NCBI GenBank assembly: GCA_036172245.1
Contig: JAYWIR010000041.1
Location: 1,488,001-1,552,000, forward strand
DNA: 64,000 bases
DNA from: Raillietiella orientalis
Taxonomy: Eukaryota
Reading direction: 5' to 3'
The position numbers were made by a program, and so were the translations under genes. The notes beneath the pieces were generated by a model. It made no database searches and was not told the DNA's origin. It saw nothing but the letters and a program-made list of their open reading frames with translations. Position 1 is the first letter of the stretch; each line of letters starts with the position of its first letter. This document shows positions 1-12,389 of this stretch, piece by piece.

Positions 1-498
1 TTTGGAAAGGGCAGACAGCAGAAGGAAATGGTGGAAATTACTTTTGTCCTTTCGCATCCCCGTCCTCTATGTGGACGCAACCAACAAAATGCAGATGAAA
101 TTGGGGGATTGCCATGCACTTATTCTTTATTTCCCTTCCATCTACACAGAGCAGAAACTGGGAATGGTAGGTTTCTTTGTTCTTACATTCAGAACGAGCG
201 CTCTTATTCAAAACTCATGACTTTCGTTCCTTAGAAATTGCACTTAGTCTTGTGACTGTACCAGAAACGCTGTTCCTGCCGGATCATTCCTCTTCGAAAA
301 GAAGGTTGTGCTGCCTAAGAGCTTGGAATGATGTTCTAGGCTGAAGGACTGGAAACACAACTACCATGTACTGGCTGGGAGCTAAGATTCACAGCTTCTC
401 GCTGCAAGCTTTGTTTAGCCTTCGAAGAGTTTCGTCTTGGTAAGAGGAATGCTCAGGAAGTCACAAGGAAGCGGACCATCCTTCCACACTTGAAAATT
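1..498 (+). pseudogene. FBXL-like unit, 5' half (interrupted by L1 fragment)
   Basis: ADSRRKWWKLLL ~ AQVSRAWNVLAL; LSFLRNCT (~221-244) ~ LRTFAQNCR. Confidence 0.5.
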
Positions 499-1900
499 TC
501 TTGCTTCCCTCCTCCACCCCCTGTTTTTTGTTTGCCCGCGCCCCTATTTGGTGAAACTCCGGGCACAGCGTCTCCTCCGTAAAACCTTGTGGGGCGCTAC
601 ACGATCCCGGATTCGCCTCGAAGATTTGGTGGCGAGCCGCGCCAGGACGCTGACCATCGAGAAGATTGGACTGCAGCTGCAGTTCCGACTTCTCTCCCTA
701 TGTGGGAAATTGGGGCCTTCCCACCGGTGTGCTCCGGCCGGCCATATCCTCCAGTGCTGCGTCGGCAGTGCAGGACCTCTTCCGCTGCTGCCGCGCAACC
801 TACGCCGGAGGACTGGATTTGGCTACCCTCTGAGGCATCTGTCCTGGTTGTTGCTAGCCCATCCTTGGATTTCCTGCCGCCCCACGGACTCGAATGCCTG
901 GCGGCAGGAAGCTCTGGAGCAATATAGCACCATTTTGGAAGTGCTTCCAGAGCAGCAGCGACCTCTACGGGGTCTCCTACGCAAACCGCTAGGAGTGATC
1001 CTGCAGGACTGGTCGCTGTGGTCCCGGGTAGCCGTCTCAGCCTTGGCCTCAGCGCTGTCTTCCCTCAGGACAAACGACGAGAGGAGCCAACGGGCAGGCT
1101 GAGAGTTCTCCTGCAACATTGCAGGAGTCGAAAACCTTTGGAGCGGCTGTAGAACGAGCCTTTGCCCCGCTCGTCGCCGGGCAAAGGTGGAGTGCACTTC
1201 TTGGTGTACCCCCGAAGAACTCGTGGTGCCTTCCCCTGTGCGTGGTGGACACGTCCGGTTTTCCGCTTCGCTGGAAACAGGATGTCCTGTTATTCCTGCA
1301 CTGGGACTTCCAGTGCAACCAGCGCACGCACCTGGTTTCCGGGTGAGTTGCCTCCCCAGGTGCGGGGCGATGGAATCGCTCTCGCATCTACTATTGGAAT
1401 GCAGTAACCTCCAGCAGTTATGGCGCAGACTTGCTACGGCACTTCGTCGCCGACAAGGACACTGTCATCAACCTACTGCAACGCTTCTTCAGCGAAGGCG
1501 GACTGAAGAAAGGCGATCGGATGCATCCGCGAGCCATCGTGACTGCCCGGAAGCAAGTTTGCAGCGAAAAGACGTCACCGGCATATCAGCAAACCTTAGG
1601 AAGGCAGCTGGTTTCTTCTGCCCGGAAAAGTCGCCAGGGATGTCACCGTCGTCAAGAGGCGCTTCTAGAAGAAGAGGAGGCCAAAGATCCCCATCCCCAC
1701 CCTCGCATGTTTTTTATCTATTGTGTGTCCCCTCCCTCCGTTCCCTTCTTTTTTTCCTGAAAACCACCGGCCTGCGTGCCGGTGGTTTTCCGGGTTGAAC
1801 TCTTTGTATGGGCGTTTCTTGTTTCTTAGAGGGATACGTATCCCTCCAAGTTTGTGGTTTGGTTTCCTAAATAAACGTTCCGGCGTGACCGGGTTCAAAG
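499..1900 (+). mobile_element. 5'-truncated, frameshifted L1/Tx1-clade non-LTR retrotransposon (post-RT region, zf-RVT, 3' UTR)
   Basis: GC-rich block; zinc-knuckle CLPRCGAMESLSHLLLECSNLQQLW (ORF 1187..1798); T-rich 3' UTR with AATAAA near 1869; imperfect 14-bp TSD cacacttgaaaatt (485-498) / cacactgggaaatt (1901-1914). Confidence 0.85.
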
Positions 1901-1914
1901 CACACTGGGAAATT

Positions 1915-2450
1915 AGATATTCTCAGTTTTCGCAACCTTTCTGATGAGAACCTTACTGATTGCATGTGCAAAAAGATTTGCATAGACTGCGCTATAGAAG
2001 TTACTGGACTTGCTATGCTCTTGGCGAAACACCTCTCAAGCTTTGACGAGCTTCACTAGTTGCTGTGTGTTGCTCGACATTTGATTGCAATCGAGGTCGT
2101 GAACACTGCTTTATCAAGGACGAATCTGTTGAATAATCCAAGGTCATACTTGAGAAACCTTTTCCTGTCTTGGTAGACTAACTGTATGTCTTTGCCAGTC
2201 AGCTTTAAGAACTGTTTTTTTTGTGTGTAAACAAATCCGAAGATCCGTATCTATTCTTTGAAACAGATGAGAAATTAAAGAGAGACTTTAGTTACGTTAG
2301 TGAACTCTCATGTCTTATTGGAGAATTCAGCATATGAATTCTAGTCTAAATAGCTTTTAACGATGATGGCTGCAACTTCACTGAAAGCAGAGATCGTTTA
2401 TTTTTTAAATTTATATTTCAAACATGTATCATAAGGGAGAGGGAGAGGAG
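1915..2450 (+). pseudogene. FBXL-like unit, 3' half after L1 insertion
   Basis: NLTDCMCKKIC (~1949) LRR-like; continues the unit at 1-498 across the TSD. Confidence 0.4.
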
Positions 2451-2539
2451 ATTTTTTTTTTCTGCGTACAACCAAGCACGGCAAATTTTCTATTCCTTTT
2501 TCCTGTTTTATTTGGAGAGTAGCTTCAATGGGCACCCAT

Positions 2540-3450
2540 CTTTTCTAATTCTTACAAACATGAATCTTTGGATTCTGCAGATGCAAATATGATTTATCTT
2601 TGTGCTTCTATTGCATGGAATAGAATGAGAAGTTCGAATGTGAAAGGAAAGAATTTTAAATCATTCAGTGGAAGCATGACCAGAACACATCGAATTTCCA
2701 GATGCACCTGACCGAACGTGGAATTCAAAATACTGTATATTCCCCGTATTTTATATCCCAAAATGCGTGAACTTTTGCGAGATAAACAGTCGAATTTTCA
2801 CGATATTCAAAAGTGCACTGCACCACAAGGAAATATTGTGACGACTGATGGAAGGAAGACAAAGTTGCTGCTTCATATAGGAAACGCTTCCCAGTTGAGT
2901 TTCAGAGTGTTCGCCACAGTGCACTTACTGTCCCGTGTGTACGGAATGCAATCGATTGACACAGTGTTTATAAGGGACTTAGTTCATAGGGATCAAAGGT
3001 ATGAAGGTATATGAGCTATACTCTACTTGAGTGCAAATACAGAGTGCATACCGTTGCTTTTCATGAGATAATGATACAAGTCGAACCAGCTCACGGTACC
3101 ACTGAATTCTAATACAATATCACTGCTTGCGTTGTGGGCAACAAGATGCGTGCAAAATGGTATGAAGATTCAAGAGTCTGCGTACAAGTTCCTGAAGACA
3201 CCCAATGGAGATGTCATCTGCTTTAGAAACATGGCTGCAAGGATCAGATTGCTTCTTTAGAACTCTAACCAATTCTGAAAATACAATTCCGTCGATTAGA
3301 AATTTGAAGGCGTCAGAGGAACTGACATATCTTTATCAAAAATCTGACAATCTGAAAAAATAAATATGGAATGCTATGTATGAAAGTGGTATTAACAGAA
3401 TCAAAATCGTGAAGGCATTCGCGGCCATATTGAATGACTAACTCTTCGAA
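2540..3450 (+). pseudogene. FBXL-like unit
   Basis: QWKHDQNTSNFQMHLTERGIQN (2666-2731) ~ NWQRIDLFDFQRDIEGRVVEN. Confidence 0.5.
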
Positions 3451-3479
3451 GATTCATGTGTTTCCGTGGAATTAATGGA

Positions 3480-4400
3480 CGATTACTAGAAAAAAAAGAA
3501 AGTTATGTTCTTTTTGCATATTTTCAGCATTCACATCTCATAGGCACTGCGGGCATGTTTGGAGCTTCGAATGCAGACGAATTCCCCCAACGGATGCACA
3601 CGATTTTCATGAGAGAGAGATAAATATCTGAAAGATTCACACAATTTACAATTCAGGAGATCTCTGTGTTCAAAGCACAAAAGGATAAAAGTTGTTGAAT
3701 GTAGGAATAACTGTTACTGAAGCTAGGAAATCCAGGAAGTACTTGCCTTGGATTCAATTATCAGCCTTACGTTTATTTTCGCGGAAGGACCTTGAAATGG
3801 TTTTTTTGGAACCAAAGGATTATTTTGCTGGCAGCCCATTCGATCCCAAGTCAGTAGCCGATCGATGGATTCCAGAAACGTTTCCTGAGATGACCGATTT
3901 CCCAAGTGGACTTCAGTTGACTTCTGATGGTGTTCTGATGGTCGTTTCTCGCATGCGGAGATGCATTCTGATGTATTGCCCGACGAGCTTAATTAGAATG
4001 TCCTCACTTCTGAGACCCAAAACAGTCGCTTTGCTTTCTTTCCCTGCAACCTACGGGTTGCTCCTTATTGTAGCAGTTTTCAAGTGTGCAACTCCACCGA
4101 ACGAGAACGATAGTAGAGAACATACTCCGAACTAAGTAAAAAAAGGGAAGACTTCAGTACACTGCTGGGAACTCATTCAAATGCATCACTCTTGCTTCCG
4201 GAAGACAAATCCGATAGTTACGTCATTTCCAAGTTGAAGAAGTGGTCCGGCTTTCTGCCAAGAAAGACTATCACCAGGAGTGCAAGGCAGTTTTCACGTG
4301 GGAGAAAATTGCATTCGTTTTCATTTCGATACGAATCCTTTTTCTCGTAAGAGATAAAAGCTGTTCAGTGTCGTCTGACGTAAAAAATAACATGAATGGA
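3480..4400 (-). pseudogene. FBXL-like unit
   Basis: DSLSWQKAGPLLQLGNDVT (~4272-4216) ~ DGSNWQRIDLFDFQRDIE; RMGCQQNN (ORF 3723..3905) ~ KGCKQIN. Confidence 0.55.
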
Positions 4401-4419
4401 GCTGCTCTCAGATGAGGAC

Positions 4420-5570
4420 ACTGTTTTCAGATGAACCCCCGTTAGGACGTAGGAAGCTGTACTACAATCTGTTTGCAGTCTGTTCATCAGTGAGCTGAAA
4501 TGTGAATCTCTGTGGTCGCCGACCGAATTAGTACCAGTAATGGAAAATTCCCGTTTTTAGAAACCGTCCACATGTAGATTAAGGGATATAAGACCGTGGA
4601 TTTTTGGTTACTGCAGCTTACAGTCGCCTGCCAAGGAAAGCCTTTGCATCTGGGAAATCGTTCATATGGATGTCATCTGGCGGTTTCATTTGAGAAGTTC
4701 CAAACGACCATTAAATCTACAATATGGAAGTGTATATTCTGCATCCATATTTCGAGGTGTCAGCTCTCAAGAACACGGTGAAGTTCTTGCTACAGCTGGC
4801 GCCTGGACTTCATCTGACAAGAAAACACGCATATCGAGAGCAATCTGCAATCTGACCTCAGACGATGGCGCCTATTGAAAACTGCACCTGTAAATTGCAG
4901 TGGATCATCGAGGTGAATTTCCTGGATACTCTGAGCGAGTCTGCGGACAGCACTCCTCCCCACTTGCTGGATTTCTGTGACAAAAGATGTTCGTATCTTC
5001 GGGCACGGCGAACTCTGCATTCCTGGATTCATTTCGTGCCGATCCGGTTCACCGTGGATGCTGCAATCTTTGAAAAAGCACAGATTGTACACTTCCGGAA
5101 TGGAAATGCAGATGACAGTCCTGCAGAATCTGGACATGGACGTTGAAACTGGAAATTACGTTTTCCTCCTCAAAGTTCACTTTTCGCCCCATTGTTCTTT
5201 TCCGTTGTTTCTTGTTCTCTAAATTTAGCCGAATTCAATTTGCCGCGAAAGGCGTTAAACTCATTGGATTAGGAATTACCGAACACCAGTCCCTAAAATT
5301 CACCCTATTTCTAAACATTTTTGCTTTCCCTATTCCTTTTGCAGCATTTTCGAGCAACTCACTGCTTTTGTTTCCTTCAAAGCAAACAGATGAGCTTTTT
5401 CCATCGAACTTTCAAAGAGTGACTGGGAATGAATCATCTAACCTCTGGAACCGATGTTGCAAAATTTATTTTCAGTCTACCAAGTTCTTTCTTCATTTCC
5501 GAGTTCCCGAGTTTTTCTCATGCGAAGAAAAGAGCAGGTTTTTCTTGGAATTGCTGCCAAAATAAACGAA
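4420..5570 (-). pseudogene. FBXL-like unit, near full length
   Basis: SELLENAAK ~ RVVENISK; SLTPFAAN*IRLNL ~ ALRTFAQNCRNIEVLNL; ORF 4790..5137 MSRFCRT...CPKIRTSFVTEIQQVGRSAVRRLAQ...DCRLLSICVFSC LRRs. Confidence 0.7.
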
Positions 5571-5589
5571 CCAAAAACCTAAATTTCGA

Positions 5590-6560
5590 AACACCGACAT
5601 GATTTACAGCAATCTTCCTCAGGTGAGAAGATTGTCGGATGTTTGGTTACTTTCTACAGAAATTGCACATCTGAGGGATCTGAAAGTTAATGGCTGTCAC
5701 GAGGAAGAAGCGTGCTATGACCATTAATTTTCTAGGCTAGTTCTTCAGTTCTTCAGTGTCTTCTTTGCCAGTATTTCAACCTACTTTTTTCCCTTCATCT
5801 ATCAGTTCCCAACGGCGGACTTTTTTTGGGCTACAAATTATCGTTAATTTTCACAGGATTTCACGGTCCCCTAAACACCCGTTCACACCTCTGTGACCTG
5901 ATGGGATATCTTGCTGATTTTCATTCATTATCTCCTTGCATCTTTCGCTTCCGGGGTTCAGTCTTGAATCCGCGACTCTTCCCTTTGAAGCCTCGTGCAA
6001 AGTTTGCTAAGAATGCAAACAAGCCTCTAGGAATACATACATAAACACTCGCTGCGTTCAATTACCAGAAAGCTGCAATCCACCATTGTGGTAACACTGA
6101 AAAATATTCTACAATCTGCCTATGAAAGTGGTGGCCTAATGACACTGATGAAAGACCGCCTTCCAAAAAAGCTTCCCCCAGAAGTTTCATTCAGTAGTTA
6201 CAGAACTCTTCTGACACAGAAGCATTTTTGGACAATATTCGAACTTTGCATTCGCATGGAATTGAGAATATTCTACTGAAGCTTAAATAGAATGAGGCCC
6301 TCGCCATGCTTTACTTCAAGTCATCATAGTGAATGCTCCACTTCAAAGAACGGAAAATCTTATAGCTAAACGGCTATCCATCCCAATTCAGGGACAACGG
6401 ACCGTTCCCACAGATTAAGAGACTCGGAATGATTCAAAAATTGCCACGGTTTTCTTCTTCTTTTTCGAACTATATGGCAACAAGAAAGAAAGGAGAAAAG
6501 TCACAAGAGGCTGGGATTCATTTTCCCCACTTTGCATCCTCTTTTCCCTTGTTGTTAAAA
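5590..6560 (+). pseudogene. FBXL-like unit
   Basis: MIYSNLPQ F-box start; GGLMTLMK...FWTIFELCIRMELRIF (ORF 6088..6279) ~ EGLITICR...NALGQNCPRLRIL. Confidence 0.55.
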
Positions 6561-6569
6561 TCTGTCCTC

Positions 6570-6900
6570 AGCACATCTCCACCCCAAATCACAGTGCTTT
6601 CAGAACTGGTGATGATGGATTTCTAGTCAGAACCTGAAAACGTTGTGGGATGAATTGGAGATCGCATTTCGGATTATTTTGTTCCATTTCTTCTGCGACC
6701 GTGTGATTGCTTGACAAACTGACTATCCCAGAAAAGTCCAACAACCCTTTTTCTGAGAGAGAAAAAAACTGCGAGTATAACTCTTTCTCTGCAAGAGGTA
6801 GAACCGAAGTGTAATGATTCACAATTAAAATACCAAGAATCTGTTCGTTTTAAATCATCACAAGCATTAGAGCAAAGCCCAAAACGGCAGCTCACAAAAA
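6570..6900 (-). pseudogene. FBXL-like 3' fragment
   Basis: FGLCSNACDDLKRTD...STSCRERVIL (ORF 6674..6940) ~ FTTLARNCHELEKMD...SIHCPRLQVL. Confidence 0.45.
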
Positions 6901-7790
6901 CAGTGAATGAAGATTCAGTTGGACTATCATCTTTGAGCACTAAAAGTGGTGCACGATGCTGTTGGCGAATGCTGGAAAAAACTCAAATGGTCAGCACCTC
7001 TTGTGAAACCAATGCCTGCTGCAGCGAGGAGCTGGCAACCCTTTTCTAACTATGTTCTACGCATTTCAGCAAATGTTGAAAATGATCGCTGATCTGGATG
7101 AAAATTATGTGCCTATGATGTCGCTATCTTCCGACAGCTCGTGCTTTGCTCTCAGCTTATCTGAATGAACTTCGATTTCCAAAAGCAATCATTTTGCTAC
7201 GGTCATATAATCCCCTCCTTTCCGAATCGCCGTTCGGGAACTATGAAAGAAAAATATTTAGGTAAATAAAAACTTGTGCACGATCTTCTACTGTGTGCTT
7301 AACTTTCGAGTTTTAGAAGATGAATGTCTGGAATGATCAAGACTTTTCTTTCGTCGAGAGCAACGGATCAATCCGTTTCCTCTCTGTTCCATGGAGGAAC
7401 TGACCAATCGGTTCGATTTTGCCCCACAATCGAAGGCAGCCAACCGAACTGATAGCACCTTTGTGTCCGCGATCGGAAAACACGATCACTGCTCACTGCA
7501 GAGAGCCTGAATTCTGATGCCCCACCTCCAAGTGCTCTCAGTAGCTAAATCAAAATTTGATGATATTGAACTTTGACACCTGCAAACCTTGAAGGTCAGT
7601 TCACAAAGCCGCAAGCCCTGCTCCACGTTGCTTGTACATCAATCATGCAATCATGCGACCTTTCCTTTAGGTCAAATTTCCGATCTGTCATCTCTCTACT
7701 GTCTGGATGCACTGACGTGTAAAACTTTGGGAAAACCTTAACAGAACCCAAGTGGAAATCAGTAGAGTGCAGATAGAATGTTCCTCCGAA
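6900..7790 (+). pseudogene. FBXL-like unit
   Basis: LMPHLQVLSVAKSKFDDI (7514-7567) ~ NCPRLRILEVARCSQLTDV; TDQSVR and HLCVRD LRR motifs. Confidence 0.65.
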
Positions 7791-7794
7791 GTTC

Positions 7795-8640
7795 TTGCCA
7801 CTTTATCGAAAATCTTTTCCCCACTTCTCGCGTTCATTGAAGTGCCCAATAATCACCTCACAAATTCACCTTTTTCCCCCCAGATTTTTCGACTTCCACA
7901 GTGATTCCTTCCTTTTCTTAAATCGTGATCATTCATGTAAGGTGCGCTTGAGAGGATTGGTATACCTGTTTCATGAAGCACCAAAGACGCTGCCCGAATT
8001 GAGGGCGCGTATGATGGGAGCGCCATGGTCCAGTTTCAATGAGATTTACTGTACAGGCACGGGAATAGAATGCACCAGCGGGGTTTCATAGCCATTCCAA
8101 ACGCTGGAAACAGACCAGCGTTGATGCTTCGCTGCCCGGCAACAAGATCGGATGCCCCAATGCGATGCCGTTTGCCTCTTCTTCCTACAGAAGAAGCAAA
8201 GTGGATCAAGCCCTTTTCTTCCCCCACGTTTTACTGGATCGCTCAGGACCTCAGAAAACCCCTGCTGAATACGTGATTCCTGTAAGGGTTAACCTGCCAT
8301 TGCTGCCTTGCAGAAGCTGGAGGCGGAAATCTCGCAGCACCGCAAATAAGGGCAAGAAGAGTTCAAGGAAGTGCGGACAAATATCGCCCGGCGGAATTTA
8401 TGGTGAAATGCCATGAAATTCCTCCGGGAAGATTTGAAAAATTTCGGCCATATGGCAATTCAGCAATTGCTCGAACATTCGGTCGCACGGGCTGCGCATC
8501 TCTTCTCGGCGTGTCTTCTCCCTTCGCATGTGATTTCGATAAGATGGCGCAGGGTGCAATTTAGGATCACTCGAACAATCTTCCTCTGTAGATTGTTTTT
8601 CCTCTCTTGTGGAATGGTTTGTGGCATTATAGATGTTTCT
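7795..8640 (+). pseudogene. FBXL-like unit
   Basis: LSKIFSPLL (7803) ~ LLRIFSFLD; LREDLKNFGHMAIQQL...HLFSACLL (ORF 8413..8643) ~ LEKMDLEECVQITDSTLIQL...LSLSHCEL. Confidence 0.55.
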
Positions 8641-8649
8641 TAAAAGAGA

Positions 8650-9340
8650 TTTGCATTGATCACATTACATTAATGGCCGCTGCATAGTACCCATTCTTTT
8701 TCGGTACGGGGGAATGGAAGCGGAAGTCAAGATTATCCTTAGAAAATCGGCTCAGGACCTCCCTGTTAATCCCGCGCCAAATCCCGTCATTCCATCCCAT
8801 TAGCCTGATCGTACACTTTAGGGTTATTCACTGAACATTAAGGCTTCAACGAATTTATTCCAGGGAATGGTAGCAGATAAATCGGTGTCCCTTTTTATCA
8901 ATATTCCTGCGGTCGCTATTAATGTAATCGTTGATCCCAGAAGAAAAGATTCCCTAAACAGTTAAGTATGAATCAGGGAATCCTTCGAATTAATTATTTT
9001 GCGGGGAGAGCAGCCAGCAAGTTTTCAGTGGAGCAGGAGCAATGGATCCCAGCTCTCGAAATGGCACTTTGAAGTTTAAAATGGCGCCGACGTGCCGAAA
9101 AATTCGCTTTCTTACAAACAGCCGATCCCGTGAGTTGACTGGTGGTAAAATCACCGACTTTGATTCAAGTCAGAATATAGCATCAAAGAGGGGATTCGCG
9201 GAGGAGAAAGCATGCAGCTGAGCAGCACCAGACACATGGGGTAGCATCAAACGAGAAACCTTCGATAGTGAACAATGATCTGAATGATCTGGCTGAATGA
9301 TCTCTCGTAAACACGAAGTCCATAGTAAATCTTAATTTAG
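8650..9340 (-). pseudogene. FBXL-like unit
   Basis: MDFVFTRDHSARSF ~ IDLFDFQRDIEGRVV; DRRNIDKKGHRFI ~ TCLQITDEGLITI. Confidence 0.55.
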
Positions 9341-10320
9341 ATCTGCTGAGAGTAATGTTAATTGTGGAGTTGTGGAGGATTCTCCACAGTTTCCAGAATT
9401 TTGTCATCCTGTCGAAGGAGAGCTGGCAGTTGTTCACCCTGGCCGGTGACCCAAGGTCTGTCCCGGCTGCGCTGCATGCTTGGATGCACCGTTGTCCTCT
9501 TCCTGTTTTTGTGTCTGCGTGAAGGACATTCAGAGCTCTCTGAGTACCTCCTCTCTCCTCTAGTCTATGGTCTCGGGGATCTGACCTCCAGTGCTCTCAA
9601 CCGAAGCTGGCGCTCCCCAGTCGGCGGACGGAAGGGAAGATTTGCTTTCTTTTCTTTGCCATGCTGCATCCACCAGTGTTACTGCATTTTCACACGGGCG
9701 GGCCGAGTCGAGCAGGGTGACTGGACAGTCGTTCTCGTTGCCAAGGTCTTTAGCCATCTCCCGGGGTTGACTGGCTGTTGGCCACTAGCTCCCAGTTTCC
9801 TTGAGTCGCCTACTTGATGAATTGGGGTGATAGAATGGTCGTGCCTGTTAGAGAAGCTGAATGGTTCCGAATCGACTGGCGATGTGGATTAGCTGGTTGC
9901 AAATCGATCGGGAATGTGGATCCCGTCTGAACCTCTTCTTTGAGAGGATGCTTTCAAGGCTGGTAAGACTAGGCAAGCAGAGTGTGTAAAGCAGTAATCA
10001 AAGAAACGCTTGCGATCCCCGGTATACAAAAGGTGACTGGAATAATGGGACTGTTGAACGCAGGAAGTGACTTTTTCTTGGTTCAGGAGGAGGAACGTCT
10101 TGATGATGAGAGAGAGATCGATGCCAGCTGGTTTCTCGAAATCATGGAGCCCATCACGAGTCCATAAACTGAGCTGTGCAGAGCTTCGGCGCACTGAGTT
10201 GGAAATTTTTGACGTTCAATGGAGTCGATCTCTTCGCTACGTCGTTCGAACACCGTGAAAATTTCCCTTCTCATTCGTTTTTGCACTTAATGAGACTCCA
10301 GCAAAAAGGAATCAGGGCTC
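9340..10320 (-). pseudogene. FBXL-like unit, near full length
   Basis: REIFTVFERRSEE (ORF 10083..10286); NQLIHIASRFGTIQLL; NNCQLSFDRMTKF ~ DNCPLITDRTLEH. Confidence 0.6.
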
Positions 10321-10329
10321 GCACGGTCT

Positions 10330-11330
10330 CCAAGTCCTAATTAGATCGTCGAATGACGCTTTCGGTTCTTTCCAGTATCATTGTATTGACAAATGCACCT
10401 TCTTGAGTCATAGACACTGCTGATTACTTTCATATCATTCGAAGCAATTAAAAAAAGTGCCTTTTCTCGACTGCATCACTGCTTCTGAGCTCAGGAAGAT
10501 CTTAGGAAGCAGTAATCCTGCTCTGGGGAGAAAAAATTCCATGGCATCGGCAGAAATCTCCCTAAAACTAGCTGAAAACCAAGGGAGTGCCATTTGGATT
10601 GTCAAGGTTGCACCTCAGCAAAGATTAACTCTCCAGTCTGGAGCGATGAAGCTCGGGAACGAAAGTCATGGGCAAAAGAAGACGTGTGCTCAAGAAGGTG
10701 GGAACCTTCAATCCACGAAACGAATCAGCGATTCGGTGAGCATTCCCTGCAGACTCTGGGAATGCTCACCATTCGACATAGCACTGATGTAATCACGAAG
10801 GAGGGATCCAACACCAAAAACATACTTCGAGTTGTTTATTCACTTTCAGTCCTCTCGAAGATCAAACAAAGACTTTGCTTGCCATTTTAGCTCTCTCGAA
10901 TAGCTCCTGGACTCCAGAACGTTACACCAGAGGGTGCAATCCTCAAAAGAAATGAAGACGTTCATCAGGGAACGAGGAAGACCTGGACTGGAACGGATGG
11001 ATCTTTGAGACTATTGATTCGAATGTATTAGCAATGCAAAGATAGCTCAAGATGATCAACTCCAAAAACTCCAATTCTCAGCTCAATGCAGTAATTGCAG
11101 GGGGCGGTTAACAGAATTCTGATCAGCTCTTCGACGACCCATCAGATTTCGAGGGATTCAGTGTGTGCATGTCTGATTCACGTACGCTTCCTAGTATACA
11201 GATTTATACATGGATATGGATAACAGTATGAATGTGTATATACCAGGACTACATCACAGCTTTCCCAGTCTCTTCGCAGGATTCTCTTGGTTTATGTTCT
11301 AAACATCCCAACCTACCAGTTAAGACAGCA
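10330..11330 (+). pseudogene. FBXL-like unit
   Basis: LERMDL at 10988-11005, followed by ISNAKIAQDDQLQKLQFS; TKRISDS LRR. Confidence 0.7.
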
Positions 11331-11339
11331 ACGAGTAAC

Positions 11340-11760
11340 TGGAGAGTTCTGCCGCAGCTGCTGAATGATTAATCGCTGTTGCACACTGAAAGGGCTCGCT
11401 GGTTTGAGAAGTAAGAAAGTAGCCTGAAGCCGTGGGAGACAATGCAAGAAAGAAAAAAAAGATATTGTGTGAGAATGTTGGGCATCCTTCACATTGTGAG
11501 CTCACAACGAATACCTCACTGAAGCAGAGTGAAGAAATGCACGTGGAATGCCGAAATATGTTCCTTTTGCTTCGAATTCCGAATGCAATGCCTTTTAAAT
11601 GTTCCTATCTCATTTTCTGCATTTTTTTCAATCCCTGTTTAATCACCTCCCCCTTTAAGCTCAAAAGCGTTTACTGTTTTCTTAAACTTTAATTCATTCT
11701 GCTGCTCTGTGCAATGCAAAACGAAAATGAACACAGGAACTGAATTTGCTCCCAGCAGTT
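11340..11760 (+). pseudogene. FBXL-like 5' fragment
   Basis: VGDNARKKKKILCENV (ORF 11432..11692) ~ VGDNALRTFAQNCRNI. Confidence 0.6.
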
Positions 11761-12350
11761 TCATCTCTTTTATTTTCTTTTTTCTCAAGTTTTTTAAGAA
11801 ATTTCCAGTAAAAGAATGTTGAGAATGTTTTGCGTTTCTCAACTCTGCATGGAGAACATCAGGCTGAGTTCCTTTTTCCTAGTTTGTCCACAGACGCTAT
11901 TTTGAGCTTTTGCAAGAAAGGCATCCCTTTTTTATCCCATCAAATTCTCAAAAAGTCTGGACACATTATTCTGCCAAAGCGTATCCATCCCATTGCAGGC
12001 CTCTTCCTGTGATTATTTTCATCGTGGAATTCCCATCCAGTTTCCGAAGCTGGCTACGGAAAACCAGTATCTCTTAAAAAAAAATTCTCTTTCTTTCTTT
12101 CATAGCTTCCCTGTATGATCCAGAATATCGGATTTGAGAAGTGCTTTGCATCAAACTAAGCATCAAACCCTTCGAATGCATGCTTGCTAAGTTATCAGGT
12201 ACTCAATGGCTATTAACTTGATCACCCCAATTTGTCATCAGAATCAGCATCATCAGCTTATATGCTGTGTCATTCCCATTTAGGACTTGAAGTGTGCTCT
12301 CCCTGTTGATTCTGACGAACATGATCACCTTTTGACTATCTGGTGATCAA
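11760..12350 (-). pseudogene. FBXL-like 3' half
   Basis: STLQVLNG; PFLQKLKIASVDKL LRR-like. Confidence 0.45.
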
Positions 12351-12389
12351 ATAGAAATGAGTACCTTCGGTAAACACTCATTTGGGATA

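Noticed and set aside
3692..5222. Plus-strand F-box/LRR reading of ORFs 3692..4135, 4865..5146 and 4977..5222
   Set aside because: Minus-strand readings match much better. This shows LRR-like patterns can be seen by chance, so the low-confidence units need computational confirmation.
9183..10250. L1 ORF1 / APE endonuclease remnant on the minus strand
   Set aside because: Lacks APE catalytic motifs; reads as the C-terminus of one FBXL unit joined to the start of the next.
10540..11228. pogo/Tigger transposase tail (CISNA, SDFEGF) with possible TIR
   Set aside because: No DDD core or matching second TIR; LERMDL and flanking LRRs indicate an FBXL unit.
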